From Pseudomonadota bacterium (lineage in GTDB: Bacteria; Pseudomonadota; Gammaproteobacteria; Pseudomonadales; Ketobacteraceae), in assembly GCA_052035295.1 (NCBI GenBank), contig JBPOHS010000018.1:1-64000 (forward strand): a DNA stretch of 64,000 nt, written 5' to 3'. The position numbers were made by a program, and so were the translations under genes. Every line of letters starts with the position of its first letter. Positions within the stretch are counted from its first letter, which is position 1. The notes beneath the pieces are model-generated. The model saw only the letters and a list, made by a program, of their open reading frames with translations, did not search any database and had not been told where the DNA came from. Shown here one piece after another: positions 36,571-45,757 of this stretch.

Positions 36571-39417
36571 TTATTGTTGGCCTTCCTGCCTTGTCTCAGG
36601 TGATGCGGCCTCGAGATGCTGGGCCAGTGTGGCGTAAAACGCTGGTATATCAACGGGTTTGGTCAGATGCCCCTGACATCCGGCGTCAATGCACTCTTTG
36701 ATGACCTCGCTGTCGTGTTCCGCGGTCAGGGCGAAAATCGGGAGCGTCATCCCTTGTGATCGCAACAGCCGGGTGGCGGTCAGCCCATCCATGATCGGCA
36801 TGTTGATATCCATCAACACAAGATTGAACGTACCTTGCTGCGCCAGCTCAACGGCGCGTTGGCCGTTGTCGGCAAGGCTGACTATCGCACCGGTTTTGGA
36901 AATCAGGCGCGTGATCAGCTTCTGGTTGACCACATTATCCTCGGCAAGCAAAACATTGCCCAATAGCTGCGGTACGCCACCAGACGACTTACGCTCGCCG
37001 GGTATTGAAACACTGTTGACCCAGTCATCGCGGCCGGCGATCTTGCAGGCGATGCCCACGCTGAACCGGCTGCCAAAGCCCTTCCGGCTGTCTATATGCA
37101 GATCGCCACCCAGCATACGAACGAGCTGGTGGGTGATGGCCATGCCCAAGGTTGCGCCCAATGTGCTGTTATCAGTGGCGGATTGCAGGGACGCATTCAT
37201 CAAGTGGTCAATTTCTTTTTCGGTGAGACCGTCGCCACTGTCCTCCACGTCAAATTCAAGCTGCTGCTTGATCCCATCCCAACGAACAATAACTTTGACT
37301 GATCCCTTGTGTGTGTGCTTGATTGCATTGCTGCAGAGATTTTGCAAGACCTGTCTGATTCGCGTCGGGTCACTGATGATGCGCGCTGGCAAGGGGAATC
37401 GGCAGTCGACCCGGAACGTTAACTGCTTTTCCCTGGCGATGGGCTCAAACTGGTCCCTCACCTGTTGCAGCAGCGCCATGAGATCAATGTCAATGGCTTC
37501 GATGGCCAGTTTTCCTGCTTCTATTTTGGAAAAATCGAGAATGTCGTTTACCAGCTGCAATAGCGTTTGTGAATTGCGAATGACGGCGCTGACGGCCAGT
37601 TGACGTTGCTGCGCGTCACCGGAGTGATCAAGCATGGATTCGCTGAACCCGATAATCGCATTCAACGGCGTGCGAATCTGGTAACTCATGTCCTTGAGGA
37701 AATTGCTTTTTGACTCGGTGGCATATTTTGCAAGCTCTTTCTCGTGCCGCTCAGTGAGAAATGCGCGTTGAGCTTTCTCGTTCTCATGGCGATCAGTGAG
37801 ATCAATCAGTGTTCCTTCGATGTGGCTCGGTTGGCCGTCACGCTTCAGGATGATGCGGGCTGAATGTATGGCATGACGAACTTTACCGTTGGTGTCTATC
37901 AATGAAATTTCATCACGGATTTGTCTCGATTGATGCAGTGTTCGTAGCGACGTGCCCTGATGCTTGAAAAGCAGGTTGGCCGCCATTTTATTGTGCGACA
38001 TAAGGCGCTCTGTCGAACCAAATCCGAGAATACCTGCCATCGCGTTATTGGCATCCAGCAGCCGGCCGTTCAGCGTCATCTGGTAAATGCCTTCGGCGGC
38101 ATTGTCAAAAAAGGACCGGAAGCGTTTGAGGTGTGTCACGGAGCGCACTCTTGCTCCGATCACCTGGTTGCGGGTCTGCTTGATGCGTTCGCCCAGCACG
38201 AATGCCAGGGTGGTGACTTCCAGCAGTATGCCAACAGCCATGGACGCAATCGTGAAACCATTGGGAGGCAGCAAGCCGGTTGCTAGTCCCGCATAAAGCA
38301 GATAGCCGATCACGGCGAAAAGCCATGCCATGGCCATGAGCCCGGCGTTGGTGTCACTGTGCTTTCGCCAATGATAGATACCCAGTATCACGATCAGCCA
38401 GGATGCGCTGCTGCAAAAGAACGATGTAAACAGCAGGGCGATATGCATTGGTATCAGGTAACTGATCACGCAGGCGACGGCCATGAAAACGCAAAGGGAT
38501 TTGAAGCACGCGTAGACCACGGGGGAACGCTTTGGAATGCTCAGAAAAAATTGTACGAACATCATTCCCGATATGGTACCGATCCAGACACAAAGAACGA
38601 TGATCCGCTTGTCAAGAAATTGCGGAAACGCTTCGAACAATCGCATGCCATGTCCGATTTCGATGAATACAAACAGGGTCACCGGAACAAGATAGCCGAC
38701 GTAGTAGAAATAGGTGATTTCACGAATCGCCACCAGCAGGAAAAGGTTATAGAGAATCATGACCAGCATGCCGCCAAAAAACACGCCATAGAGGATTTCA
38801 TAGGTCGTATCGATGACCATGAAGTTGGGCGGCGTGCGCAGGTGTATCGGCAGGAACGTGGAGCCGGTATTGCGAATCTTTAAATACAATACGACCGATT
38901 CCCCTTGTTCAGTGACCAAGGGGAAGACACTGTTGACATTGCGAATCGGTCGCTCAGAATAAGGGATGCGCAAATCAGACTGCATTTTTGTCACATCGCC
39001 ATTGGCTCTTACTACGTAGAGTTCCGCCACATCCAGTCGGGCGCGTCGGACGTCGATAAACCATTCCCTACGTGGGGTGGCAAATTTTTTTTTGTCGATG
39101 TGTCTCAGCTCGATCGTCAACCAGTGAGTCGTTGCGCTCATGCTGAAATTAATGTAGTCACTTTCGGGTTTGGAGAACAGTACCCGTGCATCCGGTTTGG
39201 AGACATCTTCGAACGTGAGATTGCCTTCCGGGTCATCTAACGTCCTGAAATAGGGGCCAAGGTCGTACTCCTCTTGTTCGGAAACGACGATGAAATCATG
39301 GTTTTTCTTCTTTGCCTCCGCTGGCTGGCTGAAACACAGCATGAACAACGGGACAAGAATGGCAGCCCAGATTGCAATGAAACGCACGAATGTGGCCGGG
39401 TTTCCGGGCTTATGCAT
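36571..39417 (-). CDS. 7TMR-DISM hybrid sensor kinase paralog with a Tyr at the H-box phospho-acceptor position
   Basis: ATG 39417 has a GGAGG RBS and lies 2 nt after the upstream paralog's stop. The domain order is the same as the 32935-35823 gene. The H-box reads MSYQIRTPL (Tyr codon at 37681-37683). The G2 region is degenerate (GATLGMAI). The REC Asp is retained (FNLVLMDINMP). Confidence 0.8.
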   Translation of the reverse strand: MHKPGNPATFVRFIAIWAAILVPLFMLCFSQPAEAKKKNHDFIVVSEQEEYDLGPYFRTLDDPEGNLTFEDVSKPDARVLFSKPESDYINFSMSATTHWLTIELRHIDKKKFATPRREWFIDVRRARLDVAELYVVRANGDVTKMQSDLRIPYSERPIRNVNSVFPLVTEQGESVVLYLKIRNTGSTFLPIHLRTPPNFMVIDTTYEILYGVFFGGMLVMILYNLFLLVAIREITYFYYVGYLVPVTLFVFIEIGHGMRLFEAFPQFLDKRIIVLCVWIGTISGMMFVQFFLSIPKRSPVVYACFKSLCVFMAVACVISYLIPMHIALLFTSFFCSSASWLIVILGIYHWRKHSDTNAGLMAMAWLFAVIGYLLYAGLATGLLPPNGFTIASMAVGILLEVTTLAFVLGERIKQTRNQVIGARVRSVTHLKRFRSFFDNAAEGIYQMTLNGRLLDANNAMAGILGFGSTERLMSHNKMAANLLFKHQGTSLRTLHQSRQIRDEISLIDTNGKVRHAIHSARIILKRDGQPSHIEGTLIDLTDRHENEKAQRAFLTERHEKELAKYATESKSNFLKDMSYQIRTPLNAIIGFSESMLDHSGDAQQRQLAVSAVIRNSQTLLQLVNDILDFSKIEAGKLAIEAIDIDLMALLQQVRDQFEPIAREKQLTFRVDCRFPLPARIISDPTRIRQVLQNLCSNAIKHTHKGSVKVIVRWDGIKQQLEFDVEDSGDGLTEKEIDHLMNASLQSATDNSTLGATLGMAITHQLVRMLGGDLHIDSRKGFGSRFSVGIACKIAGRDDWVNSVSIPGERKSSGGVPQLLGNVLLAEDNVVNQKLITRLISKTGAIVSLADNGQRAVELAQQGTFNLVLMDINMPIMDGLTATRLLRSQGMTLPIFALTAEHDSEVIKECIDAGCQGHLTKPVDIPAFYATLAQHLEAASPETRQEGQQ

Positions 39418-42307
39418 TTTGTGCCTCCTGCTCGTGCAGGCAGCTTGCCAGTACCTCGTAAAATGCTTCAATGTCGATGGGCTTGGTCAGGTGCCCATTG
39501 CAACCGGCATTCATGCTCGCACGAATTTCCTCCAGACCGTGTTCGGCCGTCAGTGCATATATGGGGCCGTCATAGCCCTTTTCCCGCAAAATGCGCGTGG
39601 CTTCGAGCCCTCCCAGCACGGGCATGTTGACATCCATCAAGATCAGATCGAAGGGTGAACTCAGGGCGGCATTACGTGCCTGTTCACCGTCACTCACGAC
39701 AACGGCCTCGACACCGGTTTTTCCAATGATGCGGGCAATCAGTTTCTGATTGACCAGGTTGTCCTCGGCCAGCAGTACACGCCCCGACAGTTGCGGCACT
39801 TTGCGCGCGGCAGTGGATTTCTTTGTAGTAATTTCAGCACTTGAAACCCATTTTTCCCGCGAAGGCGTGCGGCCACTGATACTGGCCGTGAAAGTACTGC
39901 CCTGGTCCTGAATGCTCTTCACTCGCAGGCTGCCGCCCAGCATCTGCGTTAACTGGCGTGTGATGGCGATACCCAGCCCACCTCGCTGCAACACGTCGGA
40001 AGAGGCAACGGATGAATTCGTGTGCTGCAACAGACCAAGATCCTTGGGGGTGAGCCCCGGGCCGGTGTCACTGACATCGAAGCACAACTGTTGGTTGGCG
40101 GCATCCCAGTAAACACGTAACGTCACCTTGCCGTGATAGGTGTGTTTGATAGCGTTGCTGCAAAGGTTCTGCAGAATTTGTTTGAGTCTCGTGGGATCGC
40201 TGGAAATGCGCGGCGGTAAAGGCCAATCATACTGCATCTCGAAAGTCAGCGATTTTTGGCGGGCCTGTGGCACAAACTGCGAGTTAACGCCTGCAAGCAG
40301 ATGCAGCAAATCCGTGTCGATTTGCTCGATGGGCATTTTGCCGGCTTCTATTTTGGAAAAATCCAGAATGTCATTGACCAGTTGCAGCAACGTTTGCGCG
40401 TTGGCAACGATGGTGTTGATGGCGCTGGATTTTGCCTCGGCTGGCAGGGTCGACGATTTGAGGGACTCACTGAATCCGATGATGGGGGCGAGTGACGACC
40501 GGATTTCAAAACTCATGTTTTTCAGAAACCGGCTTTTGGCCTGGGTCAAGGCTTCCGCTTTGGCCTTTTCGTGTCGTTCGCGCACTCGCTCGCGCTCAGC
40601 TTGTTCCCGTTCAAAACGTTCCGTGATGTTGACCAGCTTTCCTTCGATGTAGGACGCCTGGCCATGAGTGTCGCGGACCAGATAGGCGGAGTGCATCGCG
40701 ACATACGCGCTGCCATCGGCACGCAGGCGATGTATCTCGGTGCTGACCGGCTTGCCTCGCATAAGTTCGCGCCACTGCCGCGCAGGATCATCGAAAATGT
40801 CGTGGACCGTTTTTTTACCTGAATGCAGAAGTTTTTTGACCGACGGGAACCCCAGAATTTGTGCCAGGGCCGGATTGGCATTGATCAATCGGCCGCGCAG
40901 CGTCATCTGATAAATGCCTTCCAGCGCGTTATCGATGAGCGAGCGATAGCCGGCAAGATGTTGCATGGAAAGCGTATTGGCCTGCAAAGTTTCTTTCTGG
41001 GTGCGCTTGATGCGTTCAGCCAGCGCAAACGAGAGCATGACGGCTTCCAGCCACGTGCCCAATGGCATCGACGCAATGAAAAGCGGGGTCGCGGGCGCGC
41101 GCCCCGTTGCCACGCTGGAAAGTATGATGAAGCCCGTTACGTTGAAGATCCATGCCAGGGTGAAATACGAAGCGCTCTTGTTGCCTTTGTACCAGACGTA
41201 GGCGCCGACCAATGGCATGGTCGAGACCGCATAACCGCAAAAATAGACAGATACCACCAGTGACAGTTTGAAGGGCAGCATGAAGCAGAAGGCCGCGCAG
41301 ATCAGTGAAAAAATGAACAGCGGAGTCAGGAACTGATTCAGCAGCGGGTGGCGTTTGGGAATTTCAAGAAAACGCCGGGTAAACAGGAATGACGATAACC
41401 ATGTGCACCAGATGGCAATCGGAACATACTCCTTGTTGAACCATGTTCGGCCCTCTTCATGCCAGGCCGCGCCATGGCCGAGGTCTATTGCCTCAAACAC
41501 CAGTGCAGACACCAGATAGGCGGAATAATAAACGTAACTCAGGTCGCGGATCGAAACATACAGGAACAGGTTGTAGACGATCATGATCAGCATGCCGCCA
41601 AAAAAAGCGCCATACAAAAATTCTTCACTTGTTGTTTTGCGAACGAATTCGCCGGGTTCCCAGATCGTCAGTGGAATGTAAAACGCAGAGATGTTTTTGA
41701 CCCGCAAGTAGAGCGTTATGGTTTCTCCCTTGGGCGTGGTGATCGGGAAGACACTGTTGACCATGCGTAGCGGTCGTTCTGCGTAGGGGATCCGGATGTC
41801 GGCTTGATAGCGTGACAGGCTGCCGTCTTCCCGCTGAACATATAATTCGGCGGTATTGAGTTGCGCCTTGCCTACTTCGAAATACCAGTTTGTGACCGGT
41901 GGATGCCGTTTGCGATTGGGTTCATAGCGAAGTTGCAGGCGAATCCAGTAGGTGGAATCGCTGTAGCCGAAATTCAGATAATTTTGTTTGGCATCAGTAA
42001 ATTTGTCGGTGAATTCACTGGAAGAGACCTCTTCGATGTTCCATTGGCTGGCGGGATCTTCCAGCAGGGTAATGTAGGGTGTCACCGCATAGTGTTCGGC
42101 ATCCACCAGTGGCATTACCTGACCGCTCAGCGACTCGTCGGCGACTGCCACTGCCGGCAAGGTGGCGCTGGTGATAATGACCAGCGTCAGCCGCAATACC
42201 TGCGCCAAGCATTGCTTGTAAATGACGGGCACAGTCACAAAGGCCAGCGCTTTTTTGCGGCACAGCCATACAGAGACGAGAATTACCCATGCATTTGTTG
42301 ACGACAT
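39410..42307 (-). CDS. 7TMR-DISM hybrid sensor kinase paralog with a Phe at the H-box phospho-acceptor position
   Basis: The domain order is the same. The H-box reads MSFEIRSSL (Phe codon at 40508-40510). The G2 region is GGLGIAI. The REC Asp is retained (FDLILMDVNMP). The start is ambiguous between ATG 42307 and TTG 42334. Confidence 0.8.
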   Translation of the reverse strand: MSSTNAWVILVSVWLCRKKALAFVTVPVIYKQCLAQVLRLTLVIITSATLPAVAVADESLSGQVMPLVDAEHYAVTPYITLLEDPASQWNIEEVSSSEFTDKFTDAKQNYLNFGYSDSTYWIRLQLRYEPNRKRHPPVTNWYFEVGKAQLNTAELYVQREDGSLSRYQADIRIPYAERPLRMVNSVFPITTPKGETITLYLRVKNISAFYIPLTIWEPGEFVRKTTSEEFLYGAFFGGMLIMIVYNLFLYVSIRDLSYVYYSAYLVSALVFEAIDLGHGAAWHEEGRTWFNKEYVPIAIWCTWLSSFLFTRRFLEIPKRHPLLNQFLTPLFIFSLICAAFCFMLPFKLSLVVSVYFCGYAVSTMPLVGAYVWYKGNKSASYFTLAWIFNVTGFIILSSVATGRAPATPLFIASMPLGTWLEAVMLSFALAERIKRTQKETLQANTLSMQHLAGYRSLIDNALEGIYQMTLRGRLINANPALAQILGFPSVKKLLHSGKKTVHDIFDDPARQWRELMRGKPVSTEIHRLRADGSAYVAMHSAYLVRDTHGQASYIEGKLVNITERFEREQAERERVRERHEKAKAEALTQAKSRFLKNMSFEIRSSLAPIIGFSESLKSSTLPAEAKSSAINTIVANAQTLLQLVNDILDFSKIEAGKMPIEQIDTDLLHLLAGVNSQFVPQARQKSLTFEMQYDWPLPPRISSDPTRLKQILQNLCSNAIKHTYHGKVTLRVYWDAANQQLCFDVSDTGPGLTPKDLGLLQHTNSSVASSDVLQRGGLGIAITRQLTQMLGGSLRVKSIQDQGSTFTASISGRTPSREKWVSSAEITTKKSTAARKVPQLSGRVLLAEDNLVNQKLIARIIGKTGVEAVVVSDGEQARNAALSSPFDLILMDVNMPVLGGLEATRILREKGYDGPIYALTAEHGLEEIRASMNAGCNGHLTKPIDIEAFYEVLASCLHEQEAQNA

Positions 42308-42465
42308 TCCCTTTACCAGCCTTGGCTCTGGCAACCGATTTGCCCTGTGTAGCCAGACAGTTACCGTTTAAGTGTAGGCGAGTTTACCGGTCGTGCCGGG
42401 ATGGCGTCGGAAATCAGAAAACTACTTGAAAAACAGGGAATTGGTGAAGTGCAGTGGCTGTTGAT

Positions 42466-42530
42466 GCGAAAGGAGTTGTGGATACGAAGGCGTGGTGATG
42501 CGAAGGCGTGGGGATGCGCTGGCAGGGGGC
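42466..42530. repeat. four tandem copies of an approximately 16-bp unit (GATGCGAAGGCGTGGN) between the Fe-ADH gene and the first DISM kinase gene
   Basis: The copies read GATGCGAAAGGAGTTGTG, GATACGAAGGCGTGGT, GATGCGAAGGCGTGGG and GATGCGCTGGCAGGGG. They are followed by the hairpin GCGCTGGC-agggg-GCCAGCGC. Confidence 0.5.
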
Positions 42531-42563
42531 CAGCGCAGTGAAACGTGTCTTCCGTTCAACGGC

Positions 42564-43748
42564 TTACCAGGCGCGTTCCAGCAGGGCCATGGCTTCGTCG
42601 AAATCCATTTCTTTCGGATTGAACAGGATCGGGCCTTCATCGAGTGCCATGCTGGCCAATTGCGCCAGTTGATCGCGGCTGACCTTGCCGGTTTCTGACA
42701 GTCGGCGCGGCAGTTTGACGCGCGAATACAGTTCATCGCGCAGGGCGCGAATGCGCTGCAGTGCACGCTCGGCACGCATGGGCTTGGGTGTTGCCGCATA
42801 GACGTCGGCGCCAGCCAGTGGGAGCAGTAGTTCACCGACCGTTTCCGCGTTGACTTCCATATTGTATTCAAGCACATACGGCAAGAAGACGTTCATGCAA
42901 ATACCGTGTGGCACGTGGCACAAGGCGCCCAGTGAGTGGCCCAGTGCATGCACCAGTCCCACCATGGAATTGGAGAACGCGATACCTGCCATGGTGGCTG
43001 CCAGCGCCAGCTCCAGACGCGCGTCGGCATCCTGCGGATTGTCCATCACGTGCAGCAGGTTCTCGCTGATCTTGCGAATGGCTTGGGCGGCATAGGCATC
43101 GCTGAGCGGATTCTTGGCCAGACACGTGTAGGCCTCGATGGCGTGCGTCATCGCATCCATCGCCGTGGCGGCGGTAATCGACGGCGGCAACGTCAGCGTC
43201 ATGCGCGGATCCAGCACAGCCGCGTTCGGCAGCAGGAAGTACGAGGTGAACGGCAGTTTCGCGCCGGATTCACTGTCGGATATCACGGCGACCAATGTCA
43301 CTTCGGAACCGGTGCCGGCCGTCGTCGGAACCACGAACAGCGGCTTAAGCGGGCGCTTGAGGATGCCTGCACCGGAATATTTGTGCAGATCATCACCGCC
43401 TTCCGACACGAGAATATTGACACCTTTGCTGGTGTCGATAACCGAACCGCCACCGATGGCGATAATCGAGTCGGCATTTTTACTGCGATACAGCTGCGCT
43501 ATCTCGGTCACGATGCGGGTCGAGGAATCCGGTGGAACATTGTCGTAAATATCGGCGATCTCGATGCCGGCTTCCTGGAATACAGGCAGGACGTTATTGA
43601 GCAGGCCGGCATTTTTTACGCCCGCGTCGGTAATGATCAATGGGCGGGAAGAACCCAGCGTTTGCAGCTCAAACGGAATGTGTTCGAGGGCTTTGTGGCC
43701 GGCAATGGTTTTTACCGGGCAGAAGAATTCAAAATAGGGCTTGGTCAT
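42564..43748 (-). CDS. iron-containing (group III) alcohol dehydrogenase
   Basis: It has GGGSVIDTSKG, the metal-ligand His blocks (AMTHAIEAY, HALGHSLGALCHVPHG) and the PTTAGTGSEVT nucleotide loop. The protein is 394 aa. Confidence 0.85.
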   Translation of the reverse strand: MTKPYFEFFCPVKTIAGHKALEHIPFELQTLGSSRPLIITDAGVKNAGLLNNVLPVFQEAGIEIADIYDNVPPDSSTRIVTEIAQLYRSKNADSIIAIGGGSVIDTSKGVNILVSEGGDDLHKYSGAGILKRPLKPLFVVPTTAGTGSEVTLVAVISDSESGAKLPFTSYFLLPNAAVLDPRMTLTLPPSITAATAMDAMTHAIEAYTCLAKNPLSDAYAAQAIRKISENLLHVMDNPQDADARLELALAATMAGIAFSNSMVGLVHALGHSLGALCHVPHGICMNVFLPYVLEYNMEVNAETVGELLLPLAGADVYAATPKPMRAERALQRIRALRDELYSRVKLPRRLSETGKVSRDQLAQLASMALDEGPILFNPKEMDFDEAMALLERAW

Positions 43749-43846
43749 GGGTGACTCCGTTCAACAATTCAGTATTCGGGGGAGCTAAAAAGCCATCAGG
43801 CAGGCCTTGTCAGCTCAAGAAAGCGTTTCGGTCGGGAACGCTTTTG

Positions 43847-43907
43847 TTTCAGGAAAGCGCTGGTTTCAGAAAATCTATGGTTTCAGAAAGCCTTTGGCTT
43901 CAGGAAA
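43847..43907. promoter_or_regulatory. array of four TTTC-N2-GAAA palindromic half-site pairs at exact 17-bp spacing, upstream of the Fe-ADH gene
   Basis: TTTCAGGAAA at 43847, TTTCAGAAAA at 43864, TTTCAGAAAG at 43881 and CTTCAGGAAA at 43898. The array spans the stop codon of the upstream hypothetical gene. Confidence 0.4.
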
Positions 43908-44434
43908 TTGGCTGCCACCCGCGAATAAATACGCGCACCGTGTTTGAGCTTTTCCTGGACCGATAATTTCGGATAACGCTTGATCGCCCGCTCGGCAACG
44001 AGCTTGGGCAAAATAAAGGTTTCCAGCTGGTTGAGGCAGCGCACCATTTTCAGCGCGTGGGAAATTTCGCCATCGACGATCATGCGATCATTGGCAAAGG
44101 CCCGCGCGGTGCTTTCCTGAAAACTGAGCACGAGGAAGGCATGCGCCAAATGCTTGAACTGTATGCTGAGATCCGGTTTGCGTGGCTTTTTCTCGCCCAG
44201 GTATCTGAAGGAGCCGTCAGGCTGTTTTTGCATGACGAGTCCCGGCCCATTGGGTTTGACGCACATTTCGAACACGAAATCCGGGCTCAGGGCCTTGAGT
44301 TCACGTTCGAACACGCTGTCGATCTGGCTGGCGGCTTCCATGGCGCGGCCCATGACGTCGAACATCAGTTTGACGTAGGGCCCCTGGAGTTGGCTCAGGC
44401 TTGAGAGATTGATGTGTTCGCTAAGGCGTTGCAT
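43883..44434 (-). CDS. hypothetical protein
   Basis: 183-aa ORF with no recognisable motif. Its stop codon lies inside the repeat array above. Confidence 0.45.
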   Translation of the reverse strand: MQRLSEHINLSSLSQLQGPYVKLMFDVMGRAMEAASQIDSVFERELKALSPDFVFEMCVKPNGPGLVMQKQPDGSFRYLGEKKPRKPDLSIQFKHLAHAFLVLSFQESTARAFANDRMIVDGEISHALKMVRCLNQLETFILPKLVAERAIKRYPKLSVQEKLKHGARIYSRVAANFLKPKAF

Positions 44435-44634
44435 ATCGTGCCTGTTTTTTTATTGGTTTGTGACCATTTGGTCAGTCATTTTGTGGTTAAAAGCGTTGCA
44501 TGGTAGCAAACAAGCTTAGTTGCAAGCTTTGACTTGTGACGACACTTTTATTGTGGGATGGCGCGATTTGGCGTACCGTGGATACAGTGTGTTTTGTTCG
44601 TGTTTATGGTTTGAGTCGATTGTGCGGAGGTCCC

Positions 44635-44973
44635 ATGTCCCTCACTGAAGAACGGTGCGAAGCCTGTCGCGCCGATGCCCCCAAGGTCAGTGATGCCGAG
44701 CTGGCTGAACTGATCAAGCAGATCCCCGATTGGCAGCCGGTCGTGGTCGACGGCATTTTGCAGTTACAACGCGAATTCGCCTTCAGGAATTTCGCGCTGG
44801 CGCTGGCGTTTACCAACCAGGTCGGCGCGCTGGCAGAGGAGGCAGGGCATCACCCCGCCTTGCTGACCGAATGGGGCAAGGTCACCGTGAGTTGGTGGAC
44901 GCATAAAATCAAAGGCTTGCACCGCAATGATTTTATTCTTGCCGCCAAAACAGACCAGCTTTCGACCGCTTGA
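44635..44973 (+). CDS. phhB: pterin-4a-carbinolamine dehydratase
   Basis: [38 protein letters not shown] matches the PCD signature (HHP...T-H). The start is taken at MSLTEE. Confidence 0.8.
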   Translation: MSLTEERCEACRADAPKVSDAELAELIKQIPDWQPVVVDGILQLQREFAFRNFALALAFTNQVGALAEEAGHHPALLTEWGKVTVSWWTHKIKGLHRNDFILAAKTDQLSTA

Positions 44974-45143
44974 ATGATGATGCCGCAGGGTAAACGCAGC
45001 GGTGCGGAAACCGCAGGGAGCGCGGGGAGGAGTGGGGAGCGGCGAGAGGCGAGAGGCGAGAGTAGAGCGTTTCAGGTGGGCACACACCGGCCATGACCAG
45101 GCTTCGTGCTGGCCCCGAAGGGCCAGTGTCGGCAAACCGGCTA

Positions 45144-45626
45144 TCAGTGGTGATGACCGCCCGGACCGTGCACATGGCCGTGGTCGAGTTCTTCCGGCAG
45201 CGCTTCACGTACTTCAGTGATTTCGACATCAAACACCAGCGTCGTGCCAGCCAGTGGATGGTTGGCGTCGATGTCGACCATGAACTTGCCCGGCTTGATA
45301 ACGGTCACCATGCGTGGGCCGTGCTCGGTACGCAGGAACGCCTGGCCGCCGGCTTCGAGTTTGCCTTCCCACACCAGGTGTTTGGCGGAAACGCGCATCT
45401 GCAGGTCATCGCGACGCTCGCCGTAGCCTTCCGCCGGGGTAACGGTCACGGTCAGGGTGTCTCCCTGGCGCTTGCCGGCGAGTGCTTTTTCAAGGCCGGG
45501 CACAATGTTGTCGGCGCCATGCAGGTAGGCGAGGGGTTCGCCAGTGCGGCTGGATTCCATTTCGTTTCCGTTGATGTCTTTGAGGGTGTAGTGAAAGGTC
45601 ACTACGGCTTTGTCGGCGACTTGCAT
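45144..45626 (-). CDS. slyD: FKBP-type peptidyl-prolyl isomerase SlyD with a His-rich C-terminal tail
   Basis: MQVADKAVVTFHYTLKD...LAYLHG is an FKBP and IF-domain layout. The tail is HGHVHGPGGHHH. Confidence 0.8.
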   Translation of the reverse strand: MQVADKAVVTFHYTLKDINGNEMESSRTGEPLAYLHGADNIVPGLEKALAGKRQGDTLTVTVTPAEGYGERRDDLQMRVSAKHLVWEGKLEAGGQAFLRTEHGPRMVTVIKPGKFMVDIDANHPLAGTTLVFDVEITEVREALPEELDHGHVHGPGGHHH

Positions 45627-45757
45627 GTGAATTCTCTGCTTGGTCAGGAGGATGGGCCTCTTGAGGCCTTGGGGTGACTTAAAAAACGCCGCCAAGTATG
45701 CGCTCTGCGGGAAACGGGTTCAAGGGGCTGAGCGCCCCGGGGCGGGTGCCGAGTCGT

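Noticed and set aside
44461-44474. Palindrome TGACCA-TT-TGGTCA in the divergent region upstream of phhB
   Set aside because: A single short dyad has no second supporting feature. It is a possible operator but unsupported.
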